DNA of 63,275 nt, filler included, from Octopus bimaculoides (lineage: Eukaryota): assembly GCF_001194135.2 (NCBI RefSeq). It is 6 parts of 5 records of this genome, joined end to end, with 100 filler letters (N's around TTAATTAATTAA, not from the genome) between each part and the next. Parts side by side here need not be neighbours in the genome. Positions count along the whole stretch, not along the records: positions 20,699 to 39,703 come from NC_068995.1; 5 more parts are not named here. One strand, written 5' to 3'. Each line of letters opens with the position of its first letter. Positions within the stretch are counted from its first letter, which is position 1. The translations under genes were made by a program, and so were the position numbers. Under the pieces are notes generated by a model that worked only from the letters and a program-made list of their open reading frames with translations, ran no database searches and was not told the DNA's origin. Below, one piece after another: positions 22,973 through 35,772 of the stretch.

Positions 22973-24209
22973 AAGTTGAGCCAGAGGCTGATGGGAAGAT
23001 AGATAATTAAAGAAAAAGTACAAGGAAATGGTGTATAAACACATAAATAAGATATAGATAAATGACAGTTCAAATTACTACAGTTTAATCTGATCCAAGG
23101 AGAGTGTGTGGTGTGTGCTTGTATTCTTATACATAATTACATACGTATATATTCTACACATATATATACATGCACGTGTATATAAGTGTGCTTGTGTGTA
23201 TATATGAAAATATACAAACACATACAGTGAGAGAAAGAGCTGCTTGCAAACACAACTGAAAAATGATGTAATCATATACAAACCTTCTTAAACATATGAA
23301 GATGTGTATGTGTTTGTGTGTGATTATGTTTGTGTATGTGTGCAATTGTTTGTGCATGAGTACACGTATGTGTTTGTTTGTAAGTGTGTATGTGTCTGGA
23401 AGATTATTCTCAAAGACAGGAAGCTAACAACAAGTACCCGATTTGAAGCAATTTGAAAGAAATTTTGGAAGCAAAGAGAAGATAAAACTAAATAAAAGAA
23501 TGAATTTAGTAATGCAATTAATTTTGTTAATTGAATTTTATTTCTCTTTTTATTTTTATTCATTCAGGTATGTTTCAAAAGTTGCTTTTAAACAACAAAA
23601 GAAATTTAATTAAGTGTTCAGAATTTATTATATTTAGCTTGCGTGATAATAAAGAAACAAAACAAAACAAAAAAAAAGACAACCGCAGTGTCATTGGCAC
23701 TTGGGTAATAATAATATCTAGTATTTGATCAAGTACTGTGTAGGGAAAAAAAACAATCTTATTGCAAATAATACTAATATATTAATTGGAGGCAAGACAA
23801 AAATACCAAATACATTCATTTGTATTATTGCTTTATGTGTCTTGATCAGAAAAGATGAGCAAGCATTCTTTGGAGTAGAAAATAGACTCTTAAATTGCTA
23901 TGATTTTTACATATTGCATCAGTTTCCTATCATAAAATATGACTGAATTTCTTGTTAACCAATTTAAATGAAATGTTAATGAAACAGTTAAAAATTTACA
24001 GTTGTAATAATAATTATTTGATTGATTCATTTGAAAATCATGTTGGAAAAAGTGATATGAATGAATAACTTGTCGCACGACAATGTTGGGGGCATATGTG
24101 TGCCACTGTCAGTCAAAGAAAATCAAATACGGTCAAGTATTATCATTTTAATTTTCTTTCTTTGAATTTTGTGGTTCTTTACAACATAATAAAATAAATT
24201 GGTCTTTAT

Positions 24210-24461
24210 TTTTGACTTGTTCTGGTCATGGTACAGTGGCTGATGGGTCTAGTTGAACATATTGATCTTAGTACATACTTCACTGATCTATCTGCTGAAC
24301 CACTAAGGGGATGTGAACAAACCAACACCAGTTGTCAAATGGTGATTGGAGACAAACACAATGACACACAATCACTTACATATACATTTCAGTTTCTCTC
24401 TACTAAATCCTCTCGCTTTGTTGGGCCCATGGCTACAGTAAAAGACACTCTTCCAAAGTGC
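24210..24461 (-). mobile_element. SINE family A, old and CpG-decayed
   Basis: CTGCTGAACCACTAAG versus TTGCCGAACCGCTAAG in younger copies. Confidence 0.7.
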
Positions 24462-26169
24462 GTCCTGAAAGCTAAAAGATGAATATTCCCAGTTTTAAGG
24501 CATAAAAGATTTACCTTAAGATATAAAAGATTTACCATTGCATTTCATAATGATCTGCTGATTTACATTACAAAATTTAGTGTTAAACAGAAAATTTGTA
24601 GCTTAGTTTTATGTTATTATCTGGTGCTTTGGTGTCTTTAGCAGAATATACTTTGTTGCAAACATCCAGCTTAAGTCTAAGGTCGGTGGATTAATTTCTT
24701 CCATCTTGGAAGCTTTAAAAGGGATTTATACGCACTCCACTGACTAAGTTAAGCAAGATAAGACAAAAAAAAAGTGCTTGAGGTATGGAATAAAAGTAGA
24801 ATGATTACTCTTATGAAAGAATTGTAGCAAAAGTATATCTTTAAAGATTCAGGCATTTGAAGTTGAACTTTTAACAAATGTTTTGGTACTCTCCCACTCC
24901 ATGTTTCTGCTGCCAGAGAAAAGTTTTTGGCACTTACAGGCATTTTCAAATCTTTCCAACATAAAGTTCTATACTAATCGAAGATTTTTTTCCAGGCAAA
25001 CAACAATTACTGATAAAAAAAGAAAAGAAAAAAAATCTAGGTTAACATCTTATTCCATCAAATGCAGTTCCGACACGGAACACTGCACAAAGATTCTTAA
25101 TGGGTCTCGGAACCTATATCTCAGTCGACATATTTCTTAAAAGGTGAGTCAGTACACGTGTGGACTGACGAAAGTCAGCATCAGAATTTTAGCTGTAATT
25201 TCCAAACATGTCTACAACACTTGTTCCAATTTCTGTCATTCTACAAACTACTGACATACTACAATCTAAATACCTTTATTACTGCCATAAATTCTAAACC
25301 TAAATATGACCATGAGCAATATTCTTTATAATATCACAAAAATACCAATTGCTAAAAAAACAAAAAACAAAAGAGAAAAAATAAAATTCCTACCATTATC
25401 AATAAAACCAATTCTATTACTTCCGTAATGACTATTATCATTAGTGACAACAGTGGTACTTGTAAGTGAAGAACAATTATTAAACTAAAATGTTTTCCAT
25501 ACTAAGGTAATTATTTGACTAATGTATCGCTTATGACACAACAAACATCACCATTACCTCAATTACTCCCATTTGGACCATTATTTAGATCAACTTGTCC
25601 ACTAATTAGCCAGCCAGTCAACCAGTCAGCCAATCACCCAATGACAGCTACCAACTTGGCTTGCTGATATTAGTAGCACAGTTTACCCAATTGCTGTCTA
25701 CCACCTGCCTAGATCATATGGCTCTCTTACATTGCATACGTTTACTTTACTAAGAATGTCACCGTTTCCTCTGGCACTGTCAGTCACTTTAAGAAAGCCA
25801 TATAACATTTCTTTTACATTGAAATTATAGACAACTAAGCAGGCTTCTTATACTTCGGATATTTTACTTTTTTTTTTGTTCTAAGAAAAAGCATATTTTA
25901 GTTTCATTTTATTTATGCATATNNNNNNNNNNATATATATATTCATTTATTTATTTATTTCCATTTTGCATTTAATCTGCGCACAGCACACTCTTTACAC
26001 CTTCACAACTTGCCTCTTCCAGTTCAGTCTCTGAATCATTTTCTCTCTCTCTCTCTCTCCCTCCTCTCTCTCTCTCCCTCCTCTCTATTCAATGGCTCAC
26101 TGCCCAGCTTTCCATCCATCATCGTAAAAGTAGTGGTAATGAATAACATTGATGATGATGATGATCATC

Positions 26170-26200
<31 letters not shown>

Positions 26201-26435
26201 AGGTGGTGGTAGTGGTGGTGATGGCAATGACGTAATTTCCTATATTGCAGAACTTGCATTTTATTCTAGAAGTTTCAAAAAAATATTTTGGTAGTGTACC
26301 AAACAGGCAGTAAACTTCTAAAATGACATAAAAGAGATTTTTATGCAAAGTAAAAAAAAAAAAAGTATGAAGATGAAAGCACACAGAGTTTCAAAGTTGA
26401 TACTTTAAGAAAATTATGTATTTAACATCAGTTTA

Positions 26436-26572
26436 TAATAATATATAATATATGATATATAATAATATATAATATATGATATATAATAATATATAATATA
26501 TGATATATAATAATATATAATATATGATATATAATAATATATAATATATGATATATAATAATATATAATAGT
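26436..26572. repeat. 24-bp AT-rich minisatellite, about 5 copies
   Basis: Unit ATAATATATAATATATGATATATA. Confidence 0.9.
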
Positions 26573-26751
26573 ATATAGCCCAGTAAATTGCTTGCCATAC
26601 TTGACCAGGAAACTGAACAATTATATGATAATAAGCAAACTATTAGGTATAGAAAGGATTGATTACAATGGACTTATTTATGGCACCCAAACCTTATCAT
26701 CACCACCATCACCACCACCACCACCACCACCACCACCACCACCATCATAAT

Positions 26752-26885
26752 CATTTAATGCTGGAATGAGTTGGACTGGCAAGATCTGATGGATCCAAGG
26801 AATGCAATGCTCTTCAGTATCTGCTTTGGTTTGGTTTGGTTTCTATAGCTGGATGCCTTTCCTAATGCCAACCATTCTACACCAT
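26752..26885 (-). mobile_element. RTE-type tail (family D)
   Basis: TTTCTATAGCTGGATGCCTTTCCTAATGCCAACC, ending in (CAT)n. Confidence 0.7.
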
Positions 26886-27124
26886 GTACAAGATGATTTC
26901 TTCATGCCATCACAGGTAGTAAGATTGTCATGCAGTTTTCAAGACTACAGAATTTGGGTGGGATGAGGATGAGGGTGAGAGGAAAGCAGGGTCTTGTAGA
27001 GTGGCTGCAGGGTTACTCGCCTTCAGGGGAGAGAGAGAGTGAAAGTGACCAGCAGGAGTTGAAAGTCTAAGGGTCTCCTCAAGGTATGAGGTGAGTGCCA
27101 TGTAGACGCACCTGTGCCAGTGGC

Positions 27125-27306
27125 ATGTGCAAAACACCCAGCACACTCTGTAAAGTGGTTGGTATTAGGAAGGGCATCCAGCTGTAGAAACCATGCCAAA
27201 ACAACCTGGAAACTCTCCTGGCTAGCTCCTGCCAAACTGTCCAACCCATGCCAGCCTGGAAAACAGATGTCAAGCAATGATGGCAATATATGACGATGAT
27301 GATGAT
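27125..27306 (+). mobile_element. RTE-type tail (family D)
   Basis: AGGAAGGGCATCCAGCTGTAGAAA...CCAACCCATGCCAGC...(GAT)n. Confidence 0.8.
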
Positions 27307-27323
27307 ATATATATGTCATTTAG

Positions 27324-27495
27324 CTTTTACTTGTTTCAGTTACTTGACTGCAGCCATGCTGGAGCACCACCTTTAAGTGTTTAATCAAACAAATCAAGCA
27401 AGCACTTATTTATTTTTTAAAGCCTGGTACTTTTTTCTAGAACCACTAAGTTACAGGAATGTAAATAAACCAGCACTGGTTGCCAAATACAACAC
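27324..27495 (-). mobile_element. SINE family A 3' part, CpG-decayed
   Basis: GACTGCAGCCATGCTGGAGCACCACC and GAACCACTAAGTTACAGG. Confidence 0.8.
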
Positions 27496-28337
27496 AAAGA
27501 AACATGCACAGGGATACATACACACATATACATACGCACATATACATACGTGTGTGTGTGTATAAACGGTCATGTTAGGTGTTGCCTCCATGCATTGTCT
27601 CATGCGAACATGGATTGAATCATGTTATAAGTGATAGAAGGATATGGACGGCGTGGAGAGAGAAGATAAAGAAAACAAAAAAACACAAAAAAAAAGTGGA
27701 GTGTCCAAATGATTTTTGTCTTTTTTTTCTTGTACTAAGAGAAGCCGAATACCCTAACATCCTGGGTCAACCATAATATAAGACACCAATCACTTCCAAT
27801 TTCTAATCAGTTTAGTGCAGTATGAAGACATTCTTTTGTCTGTCTTTTACCTGATAATGCAGCGTATCAGTGATAAAAACAAACAAACAAACAATCAAAC
27901 TGTAATCCTCTCAGAAGCAGATTGATTCCTTACCGACTCAGCCATTTCATACATCAAAAGAAAGCGATGCTGTTACGTGAAGAAAAAGGTTTAACATAAA
28001 GATACAGAACTTAATGGCACTAAAAATAAGTCAAACATCCATTCATATCATAGTAGAGCAAGAATTAAATTTTGTAGATAAGACTGCAGTTTAAAGAAAC
28101 AAAAAAAGAAAAAGAAATCTATTATTATCATCATTATTACTATTATCATTGTTGTTATTATTATCATCATGATTATTATTATTATAAGACCTCTTAGTAG
28201 AAAAGAATGTGTGTTGAAAATATGCTGCATGAAAACAGAAGATATTTCTAAATTGGCAAAACAATTTTTTATTGTACACTGTATAACTTTGAAGAATTAC
28301 AACTAACAGAACTTATATATGTATACATGTGTATACA

Positions 28338-28427
<90 letters not shown>

Positions 28428-28615
28428 TGTATATACACACATTCATAGATACACATATCATATATATATATGTTTGTATGTATGAATATGTGCATGTGTG
28501 CTAATGTTAGTGTATGTATATGTATTTATATATATATGTATGTATATATGCATATAAAATGAACAGATCTGTAACATGTATATCTCTCTTCTTCTGTCTG
28601 CATGAGTGAATATAA

Positions 28616-28657
<42 letters not shown>

Positions 28658-30981
28658 AATAAAGGAAAAAAAGAAAATGAATGAAAGTTGAGTGTTAATA
28701 TTTTCTTAGACACACATTGTTAATATTATAGTTTTGATGTTTGTCTTTCACAGAGACAAAAAAAAATCTCTGAAGCAACTGGAGGAGGAGAGAAAAGATA
28801 ACATTTAATCTCCTAAAGTATGAGTAGCTGAAAGAAAGATACCCATCCTATTGCCAACTAATAATAATAATGATATATATATATATATATGTTTATATGC
28901 ACACATGTGTGTATGTGTGGACATATATGTATGTATGTATTTATAGATAATAGCAAAGAAGAAATACTTAACTAGATGAAGATTATTCAGTGTTAATTAA
29001 CTTACTTACAATGATTAACACTAAACAGATACATGAATTACAGTAATATTACGGATAAATATAAAAAAAAAAAGCATACTGGATATTCAAACTCTTCCAA
29101 TCAATCTAATTCTACACCCTTAGATTCCAACACCAAAAAGAAAAAAATCTTTTGAATGAAGTCTCAATCATCTCTCTTTCTGTGGAAGGAGTGTCAGCTC
29201 TTGGATAGGAGTTATTATAAGAGGAAAAAAATAAATAACTAAAATGGAAGGAATACAAGAAAAATATTTAAAAAAATAAAACAATTTCCAGTAGATCTGT
29301 TTGCCAAGAATCTTCTCATAAAAATAGAGAAGCGAGTCTTCAAATGTTGTCAACTAGTAATTTAGACAGCATCAATGTTACTTTTTAGATTAATCCTACC
29401 TTCAATAAGTCGATCTTTTCATCAATAATTTACATAAGTTGAGTGAGTCAATATTGATTGAACAAGCCTTGTGATATGTCAACCTGGAATAAAGCAAGAA
29501 CTTCCAAAAGAGCAAAGATGTTTTTTTTTTCACTTTGTTTTGTTGTTTTCTGTTTTCATTGTATATACTTTTTCAATTTTTTTATTCCCCACCACCCTTT
29601 ATTTTCTTGGTTTTGTCCAGTTTACTTCAAAAGTTATGCGATGCAAAGGCTGAGAAAACTAACTTTGAAATAGAATAAGAAATAAAATAATCATAACTAA
29701 TAAAAAATGATAATCACTTTCATAAAACAGAACAATACACACACACACACACACACACACACGAAAGCCATGTCCATAACTTTTGAAGATTCGAAAAAGT
29801 GAATCTAAAACCAAAAACACAGGGTGCCCTGGGTTCCAATAATCAGTAATCAGAAGGCAGAAATTGGCAAAATGAGAGATCGGGGGGAAAAAAATGACAA
29901 AAAATACATACAAAGCCAAAATCCAAATAAAATAAAATACATTATATAATATCTGACTCTAACTTACATTTTAATACACTGCTGCCCCCAACCACCACCA
30001 CCGTGTGACAACTAATGTTTACTATAAAGCATTGTTATTTTTCTCTCTTCCCTTAAAATTACAAGAACATTATTTTATTTTATATTTTCCCTCCCTCCAA
30101 GATTTGAAGGTTTTTTTTTTTAAGCAATATTTCTTTCATCATTCACTGTTCCTTTTCTTTCTAACTTTTCTTTTCTTCTTTACAATTTTTATTCATATAT
30201 TATTTTCTAAAGTTCATAAACATCAGTAATGAAATCTGTTATAAGAGAAACACTTGCAATCTTTAACATTTTTTTGTTTTCATTTTTTATTTTATGCTGC
30301 ACTGCAGTTAAGAAAATGATAGACTGGCTTTATAGAACATCATAGATATAAGTTCCAGATAAAGTTTTTAGAACTTGTTCAAGAGTAAATGTAATACATG
30401 TAAAAGGAGAGAATTGGAAAGCTAAGGGCTTCCATAATTTTTTTCCTTTAACACGGCATAAGGCAGGTTAAGTGTCAGCCCATAGATAAACCAATACAAT
30501 TTAGTTGTTAACATGTTTGAGTCTAACAAAAAAAAAAAAACCCTCCTAACTCAGTCCACAACCCAAATCACACAAAGTTACCCTATGAAAATCATAGTTT
30601 GTTTTTATATCAAATTTTGGAAAAACGATCGAAGTTTCATTTTATAGCAGTATGTGGAATATTTCATAACCGATATGCAATTTCTGCCTTTCTAAGATTA
30701 CATATCGTTCCACAAGCGTGCACAGTAAGCTACGTTTAGCCCTTTCAGTTGTCATAAATATATCGTTCAAGATAAGAATATCCCGTTTCTGAAATTTTAC
30801 GAGTATGAAAGAAAAATCAGTAGAATACAAAAGAAAAAAGAAAATATGTAAATTACATTAAAAAAATGTAAACAGTATTTATCCCTCATTAAATAAGAGG
30901 GTCGAAGTTATTGTGTAAGCATATACATTGCATCAAGCTGTTAAAAATATATAAGCAGTAAAATAAGTTACTTTTTAATTT

Positions 30982-31255
30982 TCTCTGTGTTTCAGTCATC
31001 GGACTGCAGCCATGCTGATGCACCACCATGGAGGGTCAAAGAAATTGTTAGCAGTACTTAGTTTTTAAGTCTGGTACTTATGCTATCAGTTCTTTCACCA
31101 AACTGCTAGGTTACAAATCAAAATCAGTTGTCAAACAGTGAGAAGGAGCCCAAAGACACACACACACACACACACCTACACATGTGGGTGGGGCTGAACT
31201 CAAAACCAGTTGGTTGCAAAATATGCTTCTTAACCGCACAACCACCCCTGCACCT
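30982..31255 (-). mobile_element. SINE family A, old, internally deleted
   Basis: GTTTCAGTCATCGGACTGCAGCCATGCTG tail and AACCGCACAACCACCCCTGCACCT head. Confidence 0.7.
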
Positions 31256-31324
31256 ATAGAAGAGATTATTATATAAAAAGAAACTATTAAAACAGTATTT
31301 ATTGGTGCCACTTAAAAAGCTTCT

Positions 31325-31512
31325 GTGATGGTGCTACCAAAAAGCACCCAGTATACTCCGTAGAGAGGTTAGCACTAGGAAGGGCATCCAGCTGTAGGAA
31401 CCATGTCAAAACAGACAAGCGGAACTTGGTGAGGGCCCTGGCCTCACCAGTTCCTATTGAGCTGTCCAACCCATGCCAGTGTGGAAAACGGATGTTAAAT
31501 GAGGATGATCAT
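31325..31512 (+). mobile_element. RTE-type tail (family D)
   Basis: AAAAGCACCCAGTA..AGGAAGGGCATCCAGCTGTAG..CCAACCCATGCCAG..GTTAAATGAGGATGAT. Confidence 0.75.
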
Positions 31513-31523
31513 GAGCTGTCTGC

Positions 31524-31561
<38 letters not shown>

Positions 31562-34495
31562 CATTGATTAGAGAACAAACATCAAACTAGGGCCAACAAA
31601 TTGTCTCTGTCTCAGCTTCACTTGAGCACTTCTTTGTTGCAGTTCTATGTCTTCTTTCGTTTTCCATANNNNNNNNNNNNNNNNNNNNNNNNNNNNNNNN
31701 NNNNNNNNNNNNNNNNNNNNNNNNNNNNNNNNNNNNNNNNNNNNNNNNNNNNNNNNNNNNNNNNNNNNNNNNNNNNNNNNNNNNNNNNNNNNNNNNNNNN
31801 NNNNNNNNNNNNNNNNNNNNNNNNNNNNNNNNNNNNNNNNNNNNNNNNNNNNNNNNNNNNNNNNNNNNNNNNNNNNNNNNNNNNNNNNNNNNNNNNNNNN
31901 NNNNNNNNNNNNNNNNNNNNNNNNNNNNNNNNNNNNNNNNNNNNNNNNNNNNNNNNNNNNNNNNNNNNNNNNNNNNNNNNNNNNNNNNNNNNNNNNNNNN
32001 NNNNNNNNNNNNNNNNNNNNNNNNNNNNNNNNNNNNNNNNNNNNNNNNGTATTTACAGTTTTTATTATTATATTAAAAGCATATTTGTTATGGATAGCAA
32101 TGTTTTTTTTTCTATTAATTTGGGTTACATTAGATGAAATATAATGAAGCTAACTAATAAAACTGTAAAAAAAGAAAAATGGAAAAGAAAATATTTCTAA
32201 TCTTAAATGTATTAAGTTAGTGAAGAAATTGTCTTAACAGGGGATACATATTATGAAGAATTTTAAAAATACATGTATATCCATTATCTTCAATAGTAAA
32301 GAAGTGAATCTGATTGTTTCCTTAAAGTTTTCCCTTTAGAGAATCGTATAAAAATATAAAGAGGAAATATATTGGTAGAATCCAGGTGGTTTTAAAAAGA
32401 GTTTCTTGGTAGAGTGGCTGAATGAATGAGAAGAGAAAAAAAAGAACAACAAAAATTAAAAAAATAAATTATACCAAAAACCTTGAACATAAGTGAAAAA
32501 TCTTTTAAAGAATTCCAGTGCTGTAAATAAGTAGTTCTTTGATCAACTTTGCTACAAGGTATGCAAAACCAAAACCAAGATGGTTAGCTCAAGGAAATCA
32601 TCCTAGGATAACTTTAATAGAAATAGAATTGCAAATGTCATAATAACAAGACAGCTGTCTTCAACAAGACAAAAGAATGTTTTATAGAATCAGACGCACT
32701 GAAAGAAACTGGTGAATATTAAGTGAAATGGTTCATGGGTCAGCAGCCATGTTAGGTAATGTAGACTCATGTCCGCCCAGGACCTTCCCAACTGCTAAAA
32801 CATTATGCCTGCTAGCAACTTGGATTTCTTTTGATCATTTGCAAACACTTGGCAGAAGAGAATGGCATTCAACTTGATTTGAGAGTTGAGCTCAATTAAA
32901 AGAACTCAATTGTCTTTTAGGAGACAAAAAACCTAGACAGACTGTAGGAAAGTAAAGAATGAAAAGAGATGTGGAATCAAAAGTTGGCTACTTGAACTAA
33001 TACAATTCCAAAAGGTGTCTTACGAATAAGATAAAAAATCAAATTGAAACTGAAGAACAAAATGAATAACAGTAGTTAAGACAAAACTTATCACAGAACA
33101 GCTCCAATCTTAGATTTTACACATTCAAACTTTAAACTAATTCATACAAATATATGTTAGCCATAATATTCTGCTACATAATATTAAAGAACACTCTCTT
33201 CTTATGAAGATACAGTTATATTTTTTTTTTTCATTAATTTTTCATTCTAAAATTAACATATTCTGAACTTTTATTTTCATTTTAATAGATTAATTTTTTT
33301 TTTATTTTCAGTTTTTATTTCATAAATTACAATCTTGCATCATTATAAAAACTACAGGTATATTAAATTGAAAACTAAAACTGAGGAGGGACAAAAAAAA
33401 AGTGAATATATTAAAAGGAAACCCCTGGAGATTAAGAAGAGCCCAAAAAACTAGTTTTGTTGATCAAAGTATGTTGAAGCTGGTCAAATGAAAGACCTAC
33501 AAATTTGAGCTTTATCTTATTGTGGTGGCCCTACTATATTTATTTGTGGATGAAAATACAGACGAGAAAATAAAATAGATTTATAAATAATACCAGCTGC
33601 AAACAAGATTGACCAATATCCAAAAAAGTCTAAAGTTGGCAAAGCAGGTCATGGTTTAATATGGAGTCAACCTAATTGGATTTGTCAAATAGTTCAGTGG
33701 GTGATTGACAGGTCAATCAATTAAGGTTAAATTGAAAAAGCAAAGAAATATAGTCAAAGGAAACTATATTCAGAGACTTGTAATCAATGATGATGATGAT
33801 GATGATGCCAAAAGACCAGGAAGATTATGATGATGATGATGGCAAGAACAACGATGATGAAATCATTTAGAAGATGTAGTTAGGATGATTGCTAGGCAAC
33901 AAAGAAAAATAATGCCTGATGGTCTTGTTTTGTTTGGTTTGGCTTTGTTTCAACTGGAAATTATTAGGGGGTGGGTAAAAAAAAAAAAAAAGAGCATACA
34001 TGATCACCGGTTTTTACATTGATAGCAGAGAAAAAAGAATTTGAAGTATTTGTTTTGAAATAATGTTGAATATTCCTTGATAGAAGAAAACAAGAAAAAC
34101 AACCCCAAAATACAGAAAAATAAATATTTTAAACTAACTCAAATTCAAATTATTCCTCGATTTATTAATAAATTTGCTAAAAATTAATATTGACTGAGCA
34201 ATAAAAGTGCTGGACTACCGACCTAGAGGTCATGAGTTCAAGTCCAACATGGTTGAGTTGCTAATGTTAGAAAATCTATCAATTCATTGAAAATACCTGC
34301 ACATATAACTCATTTTTAATGTTAGCATTTGTAGAAGACTGCAACACATGCTAACATGGAAAAAGGTTTGTAAAAGGGATAAAAATAAATAAAACAAATA
34401 AATGAAACAGCAAATCAAAATTAAACTTGTTTTCTTTTTTGGTTCTACAGCATTTCTGATTAGGTTGAATATGGTTTATGAATAACGCACGCATG

Positions 34496-34529
<34 letters not shown>

Positions 34530-35001
34530 CACATTTTGTCTTAGAAAAATAATTACATAAAATATTGATTAAATTTTTATCTATAGGTGAGTGAAAGCAT
34601 ATTTCTTGTTCAAATTAATTTGTTACTGATGCTAGCCAAGAAGTACAAATCTAANNNNNNNNNNNNNNNNNNNNNNNNNNNNNNNNNNNNNNNNNNNNNN
34701 NNNNNNNNNNNNNNNNNNNNNNNNNNNNNNNNNNNNNNNNNNNNNNNNNNNNNNNNNNNNNNNNNNNNNNNNNNNNNNNNNNNNNNNNNNNNNNNNNNNN
34801 NNNNNNNNNNNNNNNNNNNNNNNNNNNNNNNNNNNNNNNNNNNNNNNNNNNNNNNNNNNNNNNNNNNNNNNNNNNNNNNNNNNNNNNNNNNNNNNNNNNN
34901 NNNNNNNNNNNNNNNNNNNNNNNNNNNNNNNNNNNNNNNNNNNNNNNNNNNNNNNNNNNNNNNNNNNNNNNNNNNNNNNNNNNNNNNNNNNNNNNNNNNN
35001 N

Positions 35002-35036
<35 letters not shown>

Positions 35037-35190
35037 TTGTGTATATATATATTTATATATACATATATATATATATATGTATATATATGTACATATACGT
35101 ATATGTATATATACATACATAGATATGTGTATATGTATATATATATACATATATATTTACGTGTATATAAACATGTATATATATGTGTGT

Positions 35191-35222
<32 letters not shown>

Positions 35223-35563
35223 TGGGTATATATATTTAAAGTGTGGATTTTAAATAATACTTGAAAATGAAACTAGAGAGAGTAATCAACAGACACCCAC
35301 CTCCCAGGCAGTGACACATTCAATACAGCCACACTGTAGTTACTACTCAGATACTATTCAAATAAGTTAGTTTTGTGCCTATACCAGATATTAATTTATA
35401 TTTTGAATTTGATTGTTTTTTTTTTTGTTTTCCCAATATGGCTTTTGTGTAGGGAAGGGTATTTACAGGTTAGCTGACTTTCACTTTACTATTCCTGCAT
35501 TTGGACAGAAGTGACCGTCATCGAATTTGCTTTGGCTATTTAAGAAATTTTGCTTTTAGACAG

Positions 35564-35772
35564 AGATGTGGCTGTGTGGTAAGAAGTTTGCTTCCCAACC
35601 ACATGGTTCTGGGTTCATTCACATTGTGTGGCACCTTGGATTAGTGTCTTCTAATATAGCCCCAGACTGGAGCCTGGTGCAGCCTCTTGGCTTCCCAGAC
35701 CCCAGTCAAACCATCCAACCCATGCCAGCATGGAAAGCAGACATTAAACGATGATTATGATGATGATGATGA
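35564..35772 (+). mobile_element. SINE with family A tRNA head and family D RTE tail, internally deleted
   Basis: GTGGCTGTGTGGTAAGAAG...GGTTC head joined to CCAACCCATGCCAGCATGGAAAGCAGACATTAAACGATG. Confidence 0.8.

Noticed and set aside
24942-25011. Strong minus-strand acceptor and GTAAGT donor
   Set aside because: All three frames contain stops.
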